A DNA stretch of 40,000 nt, from NCBI RefSeq assembly GCF_001704295.1, contig NZ_CP012334.1:716084-756083 (forward strand), in the 5' to 3' direction. This document shows, piece by piece, positions 1-7,620 of the stretch. Within the stretch, counting starts at the first letter, position 1. The number at the start of each line of letters is the position of its first letter. The position numbers were made by a program, and so were the translations under genes. The notes under the pieces were generated by a model. The model was given only the letters and a program-made list of their open reading frames with translations, searched no databases and was not told the origin of the DNA. Origin of the DNA: Bordetella sp. H567. Lineage in GTDB: Bacteria > Pseudomonadota > Gammaproteobacteria > Burkholderiales > Burkholderiaceae_B.

Positions 1-97
1 GGCCGCGCGCGCCGGTCGTTCGAAAAGCGACGCCATGCCGGACTTTTTCACCGCTTTGGAGGGCCGCGATTTGTCGGATACTTGGGCCATTTGAGCC

Positions 98-1108
98 ATG
101 AACATTGCGGGAATCAAAGCGCGCCGTCTTCGTGAAAGCATGCCTACGCTGGCACAGGCATTGGATCGGTATCTCAACGAGGTGTCATCCACGAAAAAGG
201 GATACGTTCAGGAGCGCTCGATCGCCCGCGCTTGGCTCGGGACGCGTCTCGCGCAGCGGCCGGTCGATCGGATACGGAACACCGATCTGATCGCGATCCG
301 AGATGCCTGGCAGGCAGAGTGCGCCGCGTCCACGGTGGTGCGGCGCCTGGCGCTTCTATCGCATGTTTACACGGTTATCCGGAAGGACTGGGGGTTCGAT
401 GCGCTGGCAAATCCGGTGCAGCTCGTGCGCCGGCCTGCTGTCGACGACGCGCGCGATCGCCGTTTCCTTGATCGCATCCGGTTGCGAGGTCTTTCCGAGG
501 CGGATTGCCCGCGGCAAGAGGTGGTATGGCTTATGCGCGCCACCCAATCTCAGGAGCTACCGACTATCTTGACCGTGGCCGTGGAAACCGGCATGCGAAG
601 GTCGGAGATAGTCGGCGTCAGGCGTGAGAACTTGGACCTGCAGCACGGCGTTATCCATATCCCGCACTCGAAGAATGGCCGGTCAAGGGACGTCCCCCTG
701 ACGCCCGTGGCACGGGAGGCGTTGAGGCAGTGGGTGGTCGGTAAGCCCATGCGCGGCCGCATTTTTTCTATGCAGCCAGGCTCGGTGACACGGGCGTTTA
801 TCCGCGCGCGCCAACGGGCCAGGCGCCAGTATGAAGCGCTGTGCAAGACCAACGGTCGGCGGCCGAACCCGGCTTACTTCAACGACCTCCGGTTCCATGA
901 CGCGCGCCATGAAGGCACATCGCGTTTAGCGACGGTGTTCGAGATCCACGAATTGGCGAAGGTCAACGGCAATGTGGATACGCGGATGCTTCTACGCTAT
1001 TACCACCCGCTTGGCAGGGAACTCGCACAGAAGCTTGCGCGGAGCGCGCTAGGCAGGCGGCAGATCGCCGAGATTCGCGAGAGCCGCCTGCTGCTTGAGG
1101 CCGCTTAG
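98..1108 (+). CDS. Tyrosine recombinase, Rci-like; candidate shufflon recombinase, alternatively the prophage integrase
   Basis: 336 aa. Catalytic-domain motifs: AVETGMRRSEIVGVRRENLDLQHGVIHIPHSKNGRSRDVPL (Arg box), LRFHDARHEGTSR (H-x-x-R), LLRYYH (Tyr). N-terminal LAQALDRYLNEVSSTKKGYVQE...NPVQLVRRPAVDDARDRRF parallels my recollection of R64 Rci. Convergent with the tfa gene; stops overlap as TTAG at 1105-1108. Confidence 0.85.
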   Translation: MNIAGIKARRLRESMPTLAQALDRYLNEVSSTKKGYVQERSIARAWLGTRLAQRPVDRIRNTDLIAIRDAWQAECAASTVVRRLALLSHVYTVIRKDWGFDALANPVQLVRRPAVDDARDRRFLDRIRLRGLSEADCPRQEVVWLMRATQSQELPTILTVAVETGMRRSEIVGVRRENLDLQHGVIHIPHSKNGRSRDVPLTPVAREALRQWVVGKPMRGRIFSMQPGSVTRAFIRARQRARRQYEALCKTNGRRPNPAYFNDLRFHDARHEGTSRLATVFEIHELAKVNGNVDTRMLLRYYHPLGRELAQKLARSALGRRQIAEIRESRLLLEAA

Positions 1109-1449
1109 TCGCCAACTTGCGCGACCGGCGCGGTGGCCGTAAGCCAATCCGGTATCGGCCCCCAACCGGCGTAGGCCACCTGGTCGCCGCCTATCTCGAT
1201 CACGCTGCCGTGCGTGTACTGCTCGCTGGTGTCGACCACGTACAGCGCGGCGGCGCGGTGGTCCTCCACACTTTCCCAGGCGGCGCCGGTCCAGCGTGCC
1301 ACCTGTCCTTCCGCTACTTGCGGCGGGGGACTCTCCACCGCCCCATAGGGCACATTGAAGCTGCCAGCCTGCAGGGCAAGCTCGTTGGCGATGGTTTCGT
1401 AGAGGAAGAGTCCATCGAGATTTGTCTGAAAAACGGTCTTGGTTTTCAC
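1105..1449 (-). CDS. gpG: Tail fibre assembly protein (P2 gpG / Tfa family chaperone)
   Basis: 114 aa with a Tfa-like core: PPPQVAEGQVARWTGAAWESVEDHR...GPIPDWLTATAP. GTG start preceded by AAGGTGA. Lies immediately outside the last cassette. Confidence 0.75.
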   Translation of the reverse strand: MKTKTVFQTNLDGLFLYETIANELALQAGSFNVPYGAVESPPPQVAEGQVARWTGAAWESVEDHRAAALYVVDTSEQYTHGSVIEIGGDQVAYAGWGPIPDWLTATAPVAQVGD

Positions 1450-1474
1450 AATTCACCTTCATAGGTTGGATTTG

Positions 1475-1486
1475 CACTGCAAATGC
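1475..1486 (+). repeat. Core repeat S1 (CACTGCAAATGC), start of cassette E
   Basis: Exact 12-mer. Extended context CACTGCAAATGCGAGGACGCTGGGAA encodes TANARTLG. Confidence 0.9.
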
Positions 1487-1748
1487 GAGGACGCTGGGAA
1501 CTCGGCAGGCCGACGCTGGCCAGCGGTTCTCTGGCAACGTGAACTCTGTGCTGCGCGTGTCGCAGACTGAGGTCGCCGATGGAGTCTTCGTTAACCATCC
1601 TGTGCCCCAGCCTTTGCCGGTAAACACAGGCAGCACGTCGAGCGTCGTCGGCATAGTCGGGTTCAGCATCGACAATGCGAGACAGATCCGCGCGTCCACC
1701 GAAACCCGCGCTCTCAATACCGCCTTTTGTCCGCGCATCCATGTTTGA
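1475..1748 (+). other. Silent tail-fibre C-terminal cassette E (inverted relative to H)
   Basis: Open from the core: TANARTLGTRQADAGQRF...STETRALNTAFCPRIHV*. It is the most divergent cassette. Confidence 0.7.
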
Positions 1749-2019
1749 CGTACCTTTCACTGCAAATGCGAGAGCGCTGGGATCGCGCCAGTCCGCAGCC
1801 ATCGGCGGCCACCGGCACGCCCTTCGGTCCGCCTCCTCGGGCTCGTTTCCAAATACCCTTGGCACCGCCGGATCCTCGGATGCACTTGCATTGAAAGACA
1901 TGGCCGGCCCCATCTCGATCAATGCGTCTTTGGACATCAACGTAATGACGTCCGGCGAGAATGTTGGGAAAGAAACGCGCCCGGCGAACACCGCCTTCCA
2001 TCCTCGCATCCATGCCTGA
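1741..2019 (+). other. Silent tail-fibre C-terminal cassette D (inverted relative to H)
   Basis: MFDVPFTANARALGSRQSAAIGGHRHAL...GKETRPANTAFHPRIHA*. No SD; its ATG overlaps the end of cassette E. Confidence 0.75.
1758..1769 (+). repeat. Core repeat S2, start of cassette D
   Basis: Exact 12-mer. Context TTTCACTGCAAATGCGAGAGCGCTGGGAT encodes FTANARALG. Confidence 0.9.
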
Positions 2020-2284
2020 CGTCCTTTTCACTGCAAATGCAAGGGCATTCGGCGGCCGACAACTGGACGCCTTCCAAAACATCTACGGCTCCATCCCGGC
2101 TACCGGTACGCAGATAGAGTTGGCTACGGGAGTTTTCCAGCTTATGCCTCAGCCGCAAGCGTTTTGGACCGGAACGTCGGCGGCCGGCTTCGATGGGTTC
2201 AACTTCGATGCCAGCCGGGTGGCGCGGACGTCGTCGGAAACGCGGCCTGTCAACGTCGTTTTTCATCCGCGTATTCATGCCTAA
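2012..2284 (+). other. Silent tail-fibre C-terminal cassette C (inverted relative to H)
   Basis: MPDVLFTANARAFGGRQLDAFQNIYG...SSETRPVNVVFHPRIHA*. Its stop lies 1 nt from the convergent stop of cassette B. Confidence 0.75.
2029..2040 (+). repeat. Core repeat S3, start of cassette C
   Basis: Exact 12-mer. Context TTTTCACTGCAAATGCAAGGGCATTCGG encodes FTANARAFG. Confidence 0.9.
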
Positions 2285-2285
2285 T

Positions 2286-2522
2286 CTATGCGTGGATTCT
2301 CGGCGAAAACGCGGTATTCGTTGGGCGGGTTTCTGAACCGCCAGTTGGTGCGATGGAAGTCAGCACGAACGTTCCGCCGGTATTCGGCAGATTCGCGGTC
2401 GGACCGGTGCCGCCGCCGACCACATTGGCGCCGCTCTGGAGATTGTGGATGTGCGACCGGAACGCGTCAATCTGTCGACTTCCCAGTGCCCTTGCATTTG
2501 CAGTGAAAGGCACGTCACGCAT
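2286..2522 (-). other. Silent tail-fibre C-terminal cassette B (same orientation as H, directly downstream)
   Basis: MRDVPFTANARALGSRQIDAFRSHIHNL...GGSETRPTNTAFSPRIHA*. Its ATG overlaps the H stop (CATGCGTGACGTGCC). Confidence 0.75.
2494..2505 (-). repeat. Core repeat S4 (inverted relative to S1-S3), start of cassette B
   Basis: Plus strand reads GCATTTGCAGTG. Reverse complement context is TTTCACTGCAAATGCAAGGGCACTGGGAA. Confidence 0.9.
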
Positions 2523-3837
2523 GGATTCGCGGGTGATAAGCGGCGTTGACGGGGCGCGTCTCGGTTCCGCCGGTGACCAGGGTGGTGTACGTCAGCGCGC
2601 CGCCGCCGTCGAGGACCGATTGGTTGGCGCCAGACGCAGCCGCCGTGTTGCTGTATCGGAGATTGTGGGCGTGGGACTGAAGCTGGGCCGTCTGGCGGCT
2701 GCCCAGTGCCCTCGCATTTGCAGTGTCAGCGTCAGTCCCGGTGTAGCGGCGGAACATGTTGCGCAGATCCGGTACCCGGAAATTGTTGGCGTCCACGTCG
2801 ACGAAGTAGTGCGCGCCGACGTTGGCCGTCCAAACGGCCTGTGAGACCAGCAGGCCGTTTTGCTGGGCATACCCCCAAAGCGCGCCGTAGGCAGTCTTGC
2901 TCAGCAAGCCGCCGACCGCGTCGACCTCGGAGGGTAGAGGGCTCACCGTGTGGCCGTCCACGGGCCTGCCGCAAAGCGGAGATTTGTACCCGGTGAAATA
3001 TGCCGTGCTTACCCAGGTCCAGATCTCGGCGGCTTCGATGACCAGGATCGGGCCCTGGTCCTGAGCTGGCAACGCCAGGATCGAATACGCCTTCGGGTAC
3101 GACGCGAGGGCTTGCGTTATCGCGGCGGCGATCTGCAAATCCTGGAAGACCTCCGCCGGTGTCCGAGGGACCAAGGCGTTCACGCCGTCGCCCTTTAGGT
3201 AGGACCCAGCGGCGACGGAGGCAAGCCCGGTACCGCCCCGTGGCACCGGCAGGGTGCCTGCGGTGGCTTTACTCACGTCCAATGCCTTGACCACAATCTG
3301 GATGTCGCCGGCGCCGTCGAGCGCCACGGCATCGGCCGTCGCGCCGCCCGTAACCGAAATGTTCTTGTGCAGCTTGTCGTCGACGTACTTGCGCGTGGCC
3401 AGGACAACGGCAGGGTCGATCTTCAGGACAAATGCGGCGGTGCTGGCGACCATCAGCACCAGGCGCACGATTTGCTCCCGCGCGGATCCTTCCGCGAGCA
3501 CCGGCTTGTACGTCTCCGGGCAGTTCGCCACGGCCACAAGATCCCCATCGGCGTCGTAGAGGCCAATTTCTCGGATGTACCAGCCGCCCGCGTCTTCCGG
3601 GATCACCTGCTCGGCGATTAGGTAGTTCGGATTGTTCTCGTCCTGCTTCAGCGTGTTCAGCGGCGCCCGCCGCTTCTCGTCGATGAGCGCCGTCTGCGCT
3701 CGATCGGGGATTGGCGTGGCGCCGCCGCCGTCGCCCACGGCCATATGCGTAATTTGCACCAGCCGATTAATGGCCTGGGCGGCTGCCTGTTTGTTCTCTC
3801 CGATACGGGTCAGGAGGCCGAAGAATTGTTGAGTCAT
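2515..3837 (-). CDS. gpH: Tail fibre protein (P2 gpH-like), currently carrying cassette A as its C terminus
   Basis: Start at MTQQFFGLLTRIGENKQAAA..., with ATGA overlap onto the gpI stop; the 593-aa track ORF is an upstream over-extension. N terminus is gpH-like. C terminus is tail-collar-like: NNFRVPDLRNMFRR...SHAHNL...GGTETRPVNAAYHPRIHA. Confidence 0.9.
   Translation of the reverse strand: MTQQFFGLLTRIGENKQAAAQAINRLVQITHMAVGDGGGATPIPDRAQTALIDEKRRAPLNTLKQDENNPNYLIAEQVIPEDAGGWYIREIGLYDADGDLVAVANCPETYKPVLAEGSAREQIVRLVLMVASTAAFVLKIDPAVVLATRKYVDDKLHKNISVTGGATADAVALDGAGDIQIVVKALDVSKATAGTLPVPRGGTGLASVAAGSYLKGDGVNALVPRTPAEVFQDLQIAAAITQALASYPKAYSILALPAQDQGPILVIEAAEIWTWVSTAYFTGYKSPLCGRPVDGHTVSPLPSEVDAVGGLLSKTAYGALWGYAQQNGLLVSQAVWTANVGAHYFVDVDANNFRVPDLRNMFRRYTGTDADTANARALGSRQTAQLQSHAHNLRYSNTAAASGANQSVLDGGGALTYTTLVTGGTETRPVNAAYHPRIHA
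2714..2725 (-). repeat. Core repeat S5, inside the expressed tail-fibre gene at the constant/variable junction
   Basis: Plus strand reads GCATTTGCAGTG. Reverse complement context is GACGCTGACACTGCAAATGCGAGGGCACTGGGCA, encoding DADTANARALG. Confidence 0.9.
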
Positions 3838-4451
3838 GGGTATACCGTCACGGTGTCGATGATATGTTGACCGATAGCCGGGGCGGCGGTAGCGGTGGCC
3901 ACCAGCTCTTCGGGGATGTAGGGGTAGACCGTCATGGTGTCGCCGTCGTAGGCAGCGACCGCATAGTTCACCTGTGCCTCCGTCTGCATGGTGATGGACA
4001 GGCCGATCAGGTGTCGGCTGAGCGGCTTTGCGTCGTCGATCAGCCGCTCCAGCTCGTAATACAGATCCTCGGTGATCCCGGTATCGAGCACGCCCACGGA
4101 CAGGCGGAATGTGCCCGGCACGCCCCTCGGCGCCATGCGATACCACTCGATGAATTCCACCACGAAGCCAAGCGGCTCGACGGCTTTGCGAATGGCCGCT
4201 CGCGTTCCCTTGCGCTGGTGCAGGTTGAAGGACTCGGCGATGACCCTGCGCTTCACGTCCACCGGCCAGGACTCTACCCAGCGGTCGACCGACCACGCAG
4301 AGGCCAGATGTACCAGGAATGGTTCAGGGCAGTTGTACGGATCCCACAAGGCGCGCAGCGGGATCTCGACGCGCTCAATACCGGCCGCCGCGAGCGCGGT
4401 GCTGCGCTCCAGCGGCGTGGCGTTTGCGGGCAGCATGTCACGTTTAGCCAT
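3834..4451 (-). CDS. gpI: Baseplate/tail protein I (P2 gpI)
   Basis: 205 aa. MLPANATPLERSTALAAA...WDPYNCPEPFLVHLASAWSVDRW is typical of gpI. Position between J and H. Confidence 0.85.
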   Translation of the reverse strand: MAKRDMLPANATPLERSTALAAAGIERVEIPLRALWDPYNCPEPFLVHLASAWSVDRWVESWPVDVKRRVIAESFNLHQRKGTRAAIRKAVEPLGFVVEFIEWYRMAPRGVPGTFRLSVGVLDTGITEDLYYELERLIDDAKPLSRHLIGLSITMQTEAQVNYAVAAYDGDTMTVYPYIPEELVATATAAPAIGQHIIDTVTVYP

Positions 4452-5373
4452 TGTCGGTATCCACAGCAGCGGTGACGATCACGTCGGTGCAGGTCGCCGC
4501 CTGCGCGGCGGTGAGCACGATGTCAGCGGCAGGCTCTTCCAGGTCAAGGTGGGACACGCCTTCGACGTGGAGAAGCGCGGAGATCTGGGTGCGCCAGACG
4601 GACGCCCCTTGGCGCTGCGCACGCGACACGAATGCCTGCACGCGCGAGATGGCGGCGTTCACCGCCTCGGTCTGGCCAGGGCCGGAATTGCGCAGGTACA
4701 GCGTGGCCTTGACCTGGAACGGCACGATCTCGGAGGACTGGACGATCACCTCGTCGGCAAGCGGGCGGATCGTTTCCAGGTCCAGGGCGGCGTCCACCTT
4801 GGCGAGCAGGTCGGCGCTGGCTGTGCCGTCGCCCTCGCGTGACAGCACGGAAACGACTACTTGGCAGGGCGTTGGAGATACCGCGCTCACGTCGGCGATC
4901 GCGCCGTCAGCAGATCGGGCATGGTAGAGGTATGCGCCGCGCGGGCCAGCCACCGACATTCCCTCAAACGCTTCCGGAACGCGCTGGCGCAGAGAATCGT
5001 CGGTCTCGTAAATCGCAGGCACAGGAGGATAGGCAGTGTCGTCGCCTGGGGAGACAAGGAGCCGGGTGACGTTGTGCCGGGCGGCCAGGTTGTCGAGGTC
5101 GGCCTTGACCGCCGTCGCGACCAAGACCGCGCGGCACGCCTCGTTCACGCGCTGGCGCCACGTCAGTTCGCGTAGCGCGTTTTCCTGCAGGAGAATGGTC
5201 AGCGGCTCGGATTCTAGGGCCAGCACCGCGGCGATCGCCGGCTGCATGTCGACCGGGCACAGCGCGAGCAGGTCTGCCTTGCGTGTCGCCAGGATGGTTT
5301 CATAGTCCAGCGTCTCGACCACGTCGGGAACGGGGAGCAGGGACAGGTCGATAGGCGTCGATGCAGCGGCCAT
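4444..5373 (-). CDS. gpJ: Baseplate assembly protein J (P2 gpJ)
   Basis: 309 aa of Baseplate_J-like sequence, in synteny W-J-I. Confidence 0.85.
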   Translation of the reverse strand: MAAASTPIDLSLLPVPDVVETLDYETILATRKADLLALCPVDMQPAIAAVLALESEPLTILLQENALRELTWRQRVNEACRAVLVATAVKADLDNLAARHNVTRLLVSPGDDTAYPPVPAIYETDDSLRQRVPEAFEGMSVAGPRGAYLYHARSADGAIADVSAVSPTPCQVVVSVLSREGDGTASADLLAKVDAALDLETIRPLADEVIVQSSEIVPFQVKATLYLRNSGPGQTEAVNAAISRVQAFVSRAQRQGASVWRTQISALLHVEGVSHLDLEEPAADIVLTAAQAATCTDVIVTAAVDTDNG

Positions 5374-5374
5374 G

Positions 5375-5731
5375 CTATTGCCTTAAGGATGAGGTGGCGG
5401 TGAAGGGTTGCGTCTGGCCGTCGATGTCCGCGTCGCCCTCGACCGTGAGCGCGTAGGCGCCCGGGCTGCCGGCGTCCGCCGTCGCCGACACGCGCTTGAC
5501 CGTGACGCGCGGATCCCACGTCATGATCGCGGTAGCCGCCACGGCGTAAAGGCGAAGCAGCGTGGCTTGATTGCCGGGCTGGTCAATGAGGTCGGGCGCC
5601 TTGCTGCCGAATCGGCGCCGCATCGTGCGCGAGCCGATCATGGTGGTCAGAATCTTCCCGATCGACTGGACCAGATGGTCCAGTCCGGAGATCCAGCGGC
5701 CGGTCGCCGCGTTCATGCCGGTGTAGCTCAT
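5375..5731 (-). CDS. gpW: Baseplate protein W (GPW/gp25 family)
   Basis: 118 aa. GLDHLVQSIGKILTTMIGSRTMRRRFGSKAPDLIDQP is a gp25/GPW-type motif. Confidence 0.85.
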   Translation of the reverse strand: MSYTGMNAATGRWISGLDHLVQSIGKILTTMIGSRTMRRRFGSKAPDLIDQPGNQATLLRLYAVAATAIMTWDPRVTVKRVSATADAGSPGAYALTVEGDADIDGQTQPFTATSSLRQ

Positions 5732-6348
5732 TTATTCGGCCCGTCCGTATTGGAGCCGCCGCGCTGCACGCCGCCGTGATCGTGCGTGTCCAGCACGACG
5801 CCATTACTCGACAGCTCGCCATTGCTTTGAATGAAGTCGCCTTCGATCGAGGTCCTGTTGCCTTTGCCGTTGGTGCCCGACATGCCGGCCTGGTACGTGA
5901 GCAGATCCTCGATAACCACCTTGCCCTTGAAGGTGGTCAGCGGACAGTCGAACTCGGCCGATACCGTGGCCTGCACGCGGGCGGTCTTGATGCCGGTTGC
6001 GGATAGCGCGCCCGCCGCGAAGTCGTATTCGATTCGCGCGCCGTCCGGATACACGCGGAGATGCTTGTCCGGGCTGTTGGAGGGAGCATCCTGGCCGTCG
6101 CTGTACAGGGACATCAGGACGATGGCGCCGGCAAGTTCTCCCTCCGGGCATGCAAGCAGTACTTGCTCGCCGACGGTGGGCGGGTCCCATGTGACCGAGG
6201 TGCCAGCACGCTGGACCTTCCAATCGATCCAATCGGTTAGGTTTTCGCCCGTTTGAACGCGCACCTTCTTCGCGTCGTAGTCGGTCTGCGCGACATAACC
6301 GATGCGAAGCAAATTCGAGATGAGGCGGATGATTTCGGCGGCGTTCAT
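5728..6348 (-). CDS. gpV: Baseplate assembly protein V (spike)
   Basis: 206 aa. IGYVAQTDYDAKKVRVQTGENLTDWIDW...WDPPTVGEQVLLACPEGELAGAIV is the gpV pattern. Confidence 0.85.
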   Translation of the reverse strand: MNAAEIIRLISNLLRIGYVAQTDYDAKKVRVQTGENLTDWIDWKVQRAGTSVTWDPPTVGEQVLLACPEGELAGAIVLMSLYSDGQDAPSNSPDKHLRVYPDGARIEYDFAAGALSATGIKTARVQATVSAEFDCPLTTFKGKVVIEDLLTYQAGMSGTNGKGNRTSIEGDFIQSNGELSSNGVVLDTHDHGGVQRGGSNTDGPNK

Positions 6349-6411
6349 ATACCGCCCATGTTGCCGGGCAACCCTCGCGCGCGCACGGAGTGCGGGCCGT
6401 TGCTCTCGTTT

Positions 6412-6885
6412 CTACGTGCCGTGCCCGGCGAGATGGCGAAGGATGGAATCCTGGATCGTCGAAAGGTCCGCGTCGGTGAAGGCGAGCAGCACGCGCTGCG
6501 GGTATCGAACGGACTTGCCTCCGCGCTCGACCAGGTCAACGAGACCATCCTGGTGAACGCGGGCGATCCGCGCGGCGCGGCCGAAGAAGCCGACCGTAAG
6601 ATCGGTGTCGGTTGCGGATACTCGAAGGTATCGCGCCGTGCGCAGCTTGGCGAACATCGCCCGCCGGCGTATGGAACCCTTCTTCGTGGCGCGGCGTGCC
6701 TTGCGTGGTTCGTAGGCGCTCCCATCCGGATTGCGCTGCTGCGCGATGCGCTTCCCTTGGCTGCGGCGCAGGTCGGTACCGACCTTTCGATTCAGCCTGC
6801 GCCGCTCGGCAGGGTCTAGGCGCGCGAGCAACCCTTGCGCCCAGGTCGCGACGTGCTCGAAGTCGCTCACAGCTCGGGATCCCAT
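6412..6885 (-). CDS. gpS: Virion morphogenesis / tail completion protein (P2 gpS)
   Basis: LARLDPAERRRLNRKVGTDLRRSQGKRIAQQRNPDGSAYEPRK is gpS-family. Start uncertain: ATG at 6885, GTG at 6870 or ATG at 6927. Confidence 0.75.
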   Translation of the reverse strand: MGSRAVSDFEHVATWAQGLLARLDPAERRRLNRKVGTDLRRSQGKRIAQQRNPDGSAYEPRKARRATKKGSIRRRAMFAKLRTARYLRVSATDTDLTVGFFGRAARIARVHQDGLVDLVERGGKSVRYPQRVLLAFTDADLSTIQDSILRHLAGHGT

Positions 6886-7364
6886 TTCTGCATGGGCAGC
6901 TCGGCAAGCTTCTGATCGCCTGCCCACACCTCCGTGATGCTGTCCTCGGTCGGCATATCCGGGTTCAGCGGCTCGGGCACATATTCGACCGTCAGCCGAG
7001 CATCGACGCCCTTGGTGACGCGGACGCGTTCCGTCATATCGACTTCGATCTCCACGTCCACGGTGTCGTGGTTCAGGATGTCGGCTTCGAAGCGGATCGC
7101 ATCCTTACGCTGGGTCGTGTTGTCGAATATCTCCGGCTGATTTCGACGCAGCCAAACCAGCAGCGGCACCATGAGCGCCTCGGGCTCGCCGTTAAAGTCC
7201 GTCGCGAACAGGGTCAGCGTGTAGCGATACTCGTACGAGAGTGACGCGGTGCCGGTGCTGACAAGGTGACCCTTTCCGACGAAGACCTGCAGCTTTTCCG
7301 GGCTCGTGCGAAACGTCTCGATCGCGGCAGTCATGAACGCGCGCAGTTCAACGGGCTTTTGCAT
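6867..7364 (-). CDS. gpR: Tail completion protein (P2 gpR)
   Basis: 165 aa. MQKPVELRAFMTAAIETFRTSPEKLQVFV...LVWLRRNQPEIF aligns with the remembered P2 gpR N terminus. Confidence 0.85.
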   Translation of the reverse strand: MQKPVELRAFMTAAIETFRTSPEKLQVFVGKGHLVSTGTASLSYEYRYTLTLFATDFNGEPEALMVPLLVWLRRNQPEIFDNTTQRKDAIRFEADILNHDTVDVEIEVDMTERVRVTKGVDARLTVEYVPEPLNPDMPTEDSITEVWAGDQKLAELPMQKWDPEL

Positions 7365-7620
7365 CGGCCGGCTCGGATTGACATTTCACGATGCTGTCGA
7401 CCACCGCGGCGCATATCGCCCAGTCATTTTCCGCCCGTTCCAGCTGCAGGTTCAGGTCCCCCGACGTTCGGGGGTTGCTGGCCGTCAGGCTGCAAGGGCT
7501 GACGATGGGACAAGTACTCGGAATAGGCGGCAGATCCGGTGATGGCTGGACGCTGGCGCAGCCGGATAACAGCGTCAGGCAAAGGCTGATCAGCCCAGGC
7601 TTGCAGTTCTTCGGTGGCAT
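7348..7620 (-). CDS. lysC: Outer-membrane spanin lipoprotein (LysC/Rz1-like)
   Basis: Start at MPPKNCKPGLISLCLTLLSGCAS, with lipobox LSGC. Begins inside the i-spanin gene in another frame and extends past it, which is the P2 overlapped architecture. Confidence 0.75.
   Translation of the reverse strand: MPPKNCKPGLISLCLTLLSGCASVQPSPDLPPIPSTCPIVSPCSLTASNPRTSGDLNLQLERAENDWAICAAVVDSIVKCQSEPADAKAR

Larger units (their letters stand above)
1475..2725. other. Predicted multi-inversion (shufflon-like) region with five alternative tail-fibre C-terminal cassettes
   Basis: Bounded by the outermost copies of the core CACTGCAAATGC. Plus-orientation copies at 1475, 1758, 2029; minus-orientation copies at 2494, 2714. 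All five cassettes are open and in frame with the core. Confidence 0.7.

Noticed and set aside
98-1108. The tyrosine recombinase as simply the prophage integrase sitting at attL.
   Set aside because: Not fully rejected. It is disfavoured because P2-type integrases lie beside the C/cox immunity region rather than after the tail-fibre chaperone. This gene also directly abuts an array of inverted repeats that needs a recombinase, and its sequence recalls Rci. The 97 bp to its left show no obvious att or tRNA sequence. They hold only a possible divergent ORF start (ATG at 90, minus strand) that I could not support.
1422-2725. A diversity-generating retroelement (as in Bordetella phage BPP-1 mtd) as the explanation for the repeated tail-fibre C-terminal segments.
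   Set aside because: No reverse transcriptase ORF is nearby. The copies differ in length and at all four bases rather than only at adenine-templated positions. There are five copies in two orientations sharing a sharp common junction, which fits site-specific inversion and not a TR/VR pair.
1-2800. A Gin/Hin/Cin/Pin-type serine invertase with gix/hix-like sites driving the inversion.
   Set aside because: No ~190-aa resolvase/invertase-like ORF is present in any frame near the array. The repeated core (CACTGCAAATGC) does not resemble the remembered gix/hix half-sites. A gene just left of the window cannot be excluded.
1049-2844. Track ORFs overlapping the cassette array (1049-1738 -, 1446-2009 -, 1714-2082 -, 1937-2278 -, 2164-2844 +, 2288-2506 +).
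   Set aside because: They are antisense or off-frame shadows of the cassettes and the tfa gene in GC-rich DNA. They have no SD, and their Arg/Ala/Gly/Pro-rich composition is typical of spurious frames.
2515-4296. N-terminally extended versions of real genes in the track (2515-4296, 17362-18396, 25297-26616, 26580-28148, 33532-34224, 34483-35961, 38405-38773, 38381-39268).
   Set aside because: The extensions overlap upstream genes or are R/P-rich. Internal ATGs give family-typical N termini (MTQQFF.., MCGRIVQ.., MTVRKVAIV.., MTDKRSP.., MNATDF.., MPISVIE.., MSFDPD.., MKKTDLE..), usually with an SD or a coupled ATGA junction.
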